Source of the DNA: Calditrichia bacterium
GTDB taxonomy: Bacteria > Calditrichota > Calditrichia > RBG-13-44-9 > J075
Assembly (NCBI GenBank): GCA_050633245.1
Contig: JBOEGD010000011.1
Span: forward strand, 64,001-128,000
Direction of reading: 5' to 3'
DNA length: 64,000 nt
The notes under the pieces are model-generated. The model did not search any database. It was not told where the DNA came from and saw only the letters and a program-made list of their open reading frames with translations. Of the stretch, positions 58,732 to 64,000 are shown piece by piece. The position numbers and the translations under genes are program-made. The stretch's first letter is position 1, and every line of letters begins with the position of its first letter.

Positions 58732-61317
58732 ATGGCAAAAAGAAAAGCAAAACAGCTAAAATTATTTTCCCGCAAACGAAGCAGCAAGAAGAATACACCT
58801 GCGGATGGCAATAACGAGATCTATGGTCTCCTTACTATTGCATTTGGTGCCGTCTTTGCTGGTTCACTGGCCACATACCATGCGGATGACCCCACTTTCT
58901 GGAGTGCCGGAACAACTACGGTGAAAAACCTTTTCCGCATTGTCGGGGCTTCTATAGCCGAGCCTGTTTTTCAGGGCACACTGGGATACGCTTCCCTTAT
59001 TTTTCCCTTAATCATTATCGTTGTGGGTTTTGCCATCGCTGCCAGCTACCCCTTGATAAAGCTGAAGTCTCTCGGAATACGTGCACTTGCATGGGCGTTT
59101 CTGGGTGCTCTCGTACTCGCTATGCCGGAGAGCCTCGAAACACTCGGACGATCCCGTCAATATTATCCCAGCGGACTTTTGGGCGGTATTACGACCGATG
59201 CTATCGCAAGATATATGGGGCGTGGTGCGCTTGTTTTTATTGTTTTCATCTACTTTTTCGTGCTGCTGATGATCACGTTTCGTTTCCGTATCTCTACCAT
59301 ACCCATTTATATCGTCGCACTCTTTCAGCAGATGACGGCACAGGTTACCGGTTTCTTCTCCGAACTTTTTAACTGGGGGCGATCGGTTCAGCAGCGCCAT
59401 ACCGGTGGTGAAAAGGTACCGCTACGTGAGCGTATTACCGGAAGGCTGTTGCGTGACGATGATCTTGAAGACGATGAATTGTTTGAGCCTCCGATGGATG
59501 ATGGACTAGACTTTGAACCGGTGCCGCCGGCAAAGCCAGCCCGCCGAAAGCCAAAGATCGACGAGCCGCCGCCATTTGATGAAAACTTTCAAAGTTATGA
59601 AGAACCACCGCTTCCTCCGGAACCGGTTGTTCCTCCAGTTAAGAAGCCGGCGAAACCTCCTGCACCGCCTGCACCGATAATTGAGGCTGCTAAAGACGAA
59701 TCCAGCTATCAACTGCCGGAACGTCCTCCGGAACCAGCTACAGAGCTTCCACCAACGTCGCCGACTGTTCAGCAAACACTCGATATTGATAATGAGCCAA
59801 TCGTTGAAGAAGAAGTCATTGATTATGATGAGCAAGTTCAGGCAGCATTGGCAAAATTCGAAATGCCTCCAATGGAGCTTCTCCATGAGGACGAAACGGA
59901 GTCTGCGAAAGTCAGTCGTGAAGAGCTGATGGCTAATGCAGACCTTTTGGAGAATACGCTCGCACAGTTTGGCGTTAAGGCCTTCGTAAAGAAGGTGATT
60001 GAAGGGCCGGTAATTACGCTTTATGCCGTTCGACCTGCTGAAGGTGTAAAGATTAACCAGGTTGTGAGCTTGGCAGATGACCTGGCTCTTGCCATGCGGG
60101 CCAAGGGAATTCGTATGATTGCTCCGATTCCCGGTGAAGCAGCTATTGGTATTGAAATTCCAAACCGGCGTCCTTCTACGGTATATTTGAAGTCGATCAT
60201 GCGTTCGGAAAAGATTGCAGAGCACAAGGGACAACTTGTAATTGGTATGGGGAAAACAATCGGTGGTGACGTTTTTTGTGCCGATTTAACGCGCATGCCT
60301 CACCTGCTTATTGCCGGTTCAACCGGTTCGGGTAAGAGTGTTGGTGTCAATACGATGATTGCCAGTATTCTTTGTCGCGTACCTCCCAGCGACGTTAAGT
60401 TCGTTATGATCGATCCGAAAAAACTTGAGCTGTCGTTATATGCCAAGTTGAAAGATCACTATCTGGCCATTTGTCCGGACTTGGATGAAATTGTTATCAC
60501 GCATCCGCAGAATGCCATTATGATTCTGCGCAGTGTTGTACTTGAGATGGAAGAACGCTATGATACACTGGCTAAGGTTGGGGTGCGCGATATCGTGGCT
60601 TACAATCAAAAATTGGCCAAGCTGGAGACCAGCGGGAAAAAGCCGGAAGGCGCAATTCGCCTGCCCTACATCATTGTTATTATTGATGAGCTCGCCGACC
60701 TTATTCTTACTGCTTCCAGAGAAGTTGAAGAGCCGATAACCAGACTGGCGCAGATGGCGCGCGCCGTCGGTATTCACCTGATTGTGGCGACACAGCGTCC
60801 ATCGGTAGATATTATTACCGGCTTGATTAAAGCGAACTTTCCGACGCGAATCGCCTATCAGGTCGCAACCAGACCTGACTCTAAGGTTATTCTGGATATT
60901 TATGGTGCCGAAAAGCTAATCGGAAATGGCGACATGCTCTTTCTTCCACCGGGAACGGGAAAGCCGGTTCGTCTTCAGAACCCGTTTGTTTCCACCGAGG
61001 AAGTTGAACGACTGATTTCGCACATTCGTAAGCAGCCAAAGTTTCCTCCATATGAGTTGAAATTGGTGAAACCAAAGTCTGCCGGAGATAAAAGCTCTGG
61101 CAAAAAAGCCTACGAGCAAGATGAATTTTACGACAAGGCGAAAGAGATTGTTGTTCGCCATCAGCAAGGATCAATCTCCCTTCTGCAGCGTAAACTTAAG
61201 GTTGGATATGCGCGCGCTGCCCGCTTAATTGACGAGCTGGAAGAAGGGGGCGTCGTTGGACCGGGACAGGGAAGTAAGGCAAGAGATGTTCTGATTTCCT
61301 CGTCCTACGATACGTAA
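58732..61317 (+). CDS. ftsK: DNA translocase FtsK
   Basis: 4TM N-domain, Pro-rich linker, PHLLIAGSTGSGKS, IDPK, IDELAD, ATQRPS, gamma domain LQRKL.VGY.RAAR. Confidence 0.98.
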   Translation: MAKRKAKQLKLFSRKRSSKKNTPADGNNEIYGLLTIAFGAVFAGSLATYHADDPTFWSAGTTTVKNLFRIVGASIAEPVFQGTLGYASLIFPLIIIVVGFAIAASYPLIKLKSLGIRALAWAFLGALVLAMPESLETLGRSRQYYPSGLLGGITTDAIARYMGRGALVFIVFIYFFVLLMITFRFRISTIPIYIVALFQQMTAQVTGFFSELFNWGRSVQQRHTGGEKVPLRERITGRLLRDDDLEDDELFEPPMDDGLDFEPVPPAKPARRKPKIDEPPPFDENFQSYEEPPLPPEPVVPPVKKPAKPPAPPAPIIEAAKDESSYQLPERPPEPATELPPTSPTVQQTLDIDNEPIVEEEVIDYDEQVQAALAKFEMPPMELLHEDETESAKVSREELMANADLLENTLAQFGVKAFVKKVIEGPVITLYAVRPAEGVKINQVVSLADDLALAMRAKGIRMIAPIPGEAAIGIEIPNRRPSTVYLKSIMRSEKIAEHKGQLVIGMGKTIGGDVFCADLTRMPHLLIAGSTGSGKSVGVNTMIASILCRVPPSDVKFVMIDPKKLELSLYAKLKDHYLAICPDLDEIVITHPQNAIMILRSVVLEMEERYDTLAKVGVRDIVAYNQKLAKLETSGKKPEGAIRLPYIIVIIDELADLILTASREVEEPITRLAQMARAVGIHLIVATQRPSVDIITGLIKANFPTRIAYQVATRPDSKVILDIYGAEKLIGNGDMLFLPPGTGKPVRLQNPFVSTEEVERLISHIRKQPKFPPYELKLVKPKSAGDKSSGKKAYEQDEFYDKAKEIVVRHQQGSISLLQRKLKVGYARAARLIDELEEGGVVGPGQGSKARDVLISSSYDT

Positions 61318-61340
61318 ACAAAAACGAAACAGGATATACC

Positions 61341-61994
61341 ATGAAAATGCATAAAACTTTTTATCGCTTACTTGCAATTGTAATACTTTCTGTCATATTA
61401 TTGCCACTTCAAGCTGCTAAAATTGACAACATCATAAAAAAAATGCAGAAAAAATATCGTTCTGCAAAAACGGTTAGAATTGAATTTACCGAGAAATCTC
61501 GCTTTAGTCTGACCGGTACGGAAAATCAAATAAGCGGCCAGTTGCAGATGGAAGGCAAGGAACGCTTTCGGCTGGAATCAGAAGATCAGGTTTTAGTCAA
61601 TGACGGTGTAACATTTTGGCGATACAACAAGCTGGATAGTCAGGTGCTCATTGATAATTCAAAGAAAGAAGATCAGGAAGTAATGCTGAACGATTTTCTA
61701 TATAACCTCAAAGACCGCTATTACAGCCAGATATTGGGTGAATCAAATGAGTCTGGTAAGAAAGTCTACAACATCAAGCTGACGCCAAAGGAAGATCAGC
61801 AAAGCTACTTTACTTCAATTAAAATGTGGGTAGAGGACGATAATTGGACAATTAAACGTCTGATTTACACTGACTACAACGAAAATGAGACAGAATACAT
61901 CATAGAGAAAATGGATTTTAACCCCGTCCTACAGCGTTCAACCTTCACCTTCACGCCTCCAGAAGGCATTGACGTTGTTGACCTGAGAATGTAG
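61341..61994 (+). CDS. lolA: Outer-membrane lipoprotein carrier LolA family
   Basis: Signal peptide, V.DG...W.Y, F.F.PPEG.DVVD; conserved position after ftsK. Confidence 0.88.
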   Translation: MKMHKTFYRLLAIVILSVILLPLQAAKIDNIIKKMQKKYRSAKTVRIEFTEKSRFSLTGTENQISGQLQMEGKERFRLESEDQVLVNDGVTFWRYNKLDSQVLIDNSKKEDQEVMLNDFLYNLKDRYYSQILGESNESGKKVYNIKLTPKEDQQSYFTSIKMWVEDDNWTIKRLIYTDYNENETEYIIEKMDFNPVLQRSTFTFTPPEGIDVVDLRM

Positions 61995-62144
61995 TTTCCA
62001 CACGGAGTTGGATTAAAGTTTTTTTTTGGCTCGCCGATTATAGATCACTTTTGATACTTCCGGCATGTTGTATATTTATGGCTACTTTTGGCTATAAAAT
62101 TTAGTCACATCCATCTAAGAGTCATCGATTTATGAGGTTATTTA

Positions 62145-64000
62145 GTGGAAAATAGCATTAACTATGATGTACAGGATTCCGAACAACAGATACATCTTCG
62201 CGATTATCTGAATATTATCTATCAGGGAAGATGGATTGTTTTAGTATGTTTTTTAACGGTCTTATCGGCAGCAGCGTATTTTACCTTTACGGCAAATCCG
62301 GTTTTTCAAGCTTCGTCGAAAGTTTTGGTCGATGACCAGGCTTCAATGGAGCGCGCATTGTTCAACGTAAATTATATGAACAATAGTTCTACTCTTTTGG
62401 CTCAGCAGATTGAGATTCTCAAAAGCCGTCGTTTGGCCGAGAACGTAATCCCAAAGCTGGAAGCTAAACCCTATCGAGACTCGCTATACGTTTTTCAACC
62501 GTTATCAAACGGCGGATACTTTGTCTTTGAAGACCAGGTTTCCTGGCTTCGCAGCCAAATGGCTATTAATCCGATGCTCGAAGCGGATATTATCGAGATA
62601 ACGTTTAGTGCGGGGACAGCATTTGAATCCGCCGAAATCTGCAACGTCATCACCGAGACCTTTCAGCAGCTGAACAAAGAATACAATCGCAGTGAATTCC
62701 GTGACCTGCGTGAGTTTCTCGAGCTTCAGCTTCGAAAAAAGGGCGAAGAACTTCGCAAATCGGAAGAGACGCTGAGACTTTATAAAGAAACCGAAAAGCT
62801 GGTTTCCTTAGATGCAAGCACCGCAGAGCTAATTCGTAAACTGGCTGTAAGTCAGGCGGCTGGTGAAACGGCGCAGATTGAGCTGCAATCTGCACAAGAG
62901 CAGAAACGATCACTGGAAGCCCAGCTTGAAGAGCGCAGAGGAGCGTTGAGTTCTGAAGTTAGCGAAATAAGCAGCCCGCTTTTGAATGAACTCCAGCAAA
63001 ACTATGCAAAGTTAGTTTCTGATAAAGTACGTTACGAGAGTTTAATTGCGCAGGATAAAAACATTGATCCGCGTGAATACGAACTGCAACTACAGAGCAT
63101 GAATAGTCGAATTAGTGCGGTAAAATCGCGTTTACAGGAAGAGGCTCAGCGCATTTCGACAACCAGTATGGTCTCCGACCCGCTTAAGATTGCAGAAGAC
63201 CTTGTTGCATCAATCTTGGATTTTGAGAATCAGATCAACGGACTGAGTGCGAAAATAGATGCGTATCGCGATGTTGTGCAACAGAATGAAATCGTCTTAG
63301 ATCAACTGCCGAGTCAAGGTCTGGAATTAGTGCGTCTTGAGCGTCAGGTTAAGGTCGACGAAAACACTTTTGTTTTGCTGACGCAAAAGCTGGAAGAAAC
63401 GAAAATTGCTGAGGCCGGTCAAAAGGAAATCATTCGCGTTATTGATACTGCAATCGAACCGGTTAACCCGATATCGCCTAAAAAGAGGTTAAACCTTCTT
63501 CTGGGAGCTATTCTCGGTTTGGGACTTGGTATCGGACTTACATTCCTGAAAGAGTTCTTCGACGATTCGGTTAAGTCTCCGGAAGAAATTGAAAAAATTG
63601 GTTTGCAGATTCTCTCTATTATTCCGGAAATTTCGGCAGATCAATTTGTGAAAAAAGCCAGCACGTCGAATGGACATGAAAGCATTGCCGGTCAGGAGAA
63701 TGTCGAAGCGCGGCTAATTACGCACTTCGATCCCAAATCACCTATTTCGGAAGCCTACCGTACGCTGCGCACCAACATTCAGTTTCAGAAGTTTGAAAAT
63801 GAATGTCCTGCACTTTTGGTTACCTCATCTACCCCTAAAGAGGGGAAGTCTACCACGATAGCCAATCTCGCTATAACAATGGCTCAGATGGGCAGCAGAA
63901 CACTTATTGTGGACACAGATCTCAGACGCCCGGTAATCCACTCTGTGTTTGGATTGCGCAAGGAAAAAGGCGTGAGCAACTTTCTGTTGGGCAAGATGTC
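62145..64000 (+). CDS. wzc: Polysaccharide co-polymerase/tyrosine autokinase Wzc (GumC-like), 3' end outside window
   Basis: GTG start after GAGG; HLRDYL, TM, EILKSR, coiled coil, P.SPK + TM, PKSPISEAYRTLRTN, Walker A TSSTPKEGKST, VDTDLRRP. Confidence 0.93.
   Translation, partial: MENSINYDVQDSEQQIHLRDYLNIIYQGRWIVLVCFLTVLSAAAYFTFTANPVFQASSKVLVDDQASMERALFNVNYMNNSSTLLAQQIEILKSRRLAENVIPKLEAKPYRDSLYVFQPLSNGGYFVFEDQVSWLRSQMAINPMLEADIIEITFSAGTAFESAEICNVITETFQQLNKEYNRSEFRDLREFLELQLRKKGEELRKSEETLRLYKETEKLVSLDASTAELIRKLAVSQAAGETAQIELQSAQEQKRSLEAQLEERRGALSSEVSEISSPLLNELQQNYAKLVSDKVRYESLIAQDKNIDPREYELQLQSMNSRISAVKSRLQEEAQRISTTSMVSDPLKIAEDLVASILDFENQINGLSAKIDAYRDVVQQNEIVLDQLPSQGLELVRLERQVKVDENTFVLLTQKLEETKIAEAGQKEIIRVIDTAIEPVNPISPKKRLNLLLGAILGLGLGIGLTFLKEFFDDSVKSPEEIEKIGLQILSIIPEISADQFVKKASTSNGHESIAGQENVEARLITHFDPKSPISEAYRTLRTNIQFQKFENECPALLVTSSTPKEGKSTTIANLAITMAQMGSRTLIVDTDLRRPVIHSVFGLRKEKGVSNFLLGKM

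Noticed and set aside
59506-60234. Long antisense or alternate-frame ORFs (e.g. 242 aa opposite ftsK, 49296-49838, 22518-23060, 13119-13703, 2675-3070)
   Set aside because: They overlap well-supported genes and lack motifs or SD sequences; treated as shadow ORFs.

Overview
Bacterial chromosomal window, inferred to be from a Calditrichota-like FCB-group diderm. The basis is the rplM-rpsI-rpsB-tsf-pyrH-frr gene order, a Cys-type CcmE, a hybrid two-component system and several secreted proteins ending in an NYPNPFNP FlgD-Ig/T9SS-like domain. It has two halves. From ~0.7 to 39 kb, between a partial pckA and a minus-strand tRNA-Asn(GTT), lies an accessory region of mixed-orientation secreted, lipoprotein, CAZyme, sensor and stress genes. 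From 39 to 64 kb is core genome (pduO-type adenosyltransferase, serC, etfBA, translation operon, lpxB, ccmABCDEF, ftsK, lolA, partial wzc). The main unexplained structure is at the tRNA 3' end. Three hybrid junctions share a GCTC core and two families of arms, and they delimit two integrase-free mini-cassettes in tandem (761 bp with a BrnT/BrnA toxin-antitoxin pair; 2016 bp with a secreted protein). Next to them, an orphan histidine kinase with two nidogen-like repeats is bracketed by an exact 59-bp direct repeat containing a REP-like palindrome. Also found: four copies of that palindrome (two with a duplicated arm) and two unannotated paralogous ~60-aa membrane-protein genes, each one base short of frame. 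All product calls come from motif recognition; no database searches were run.
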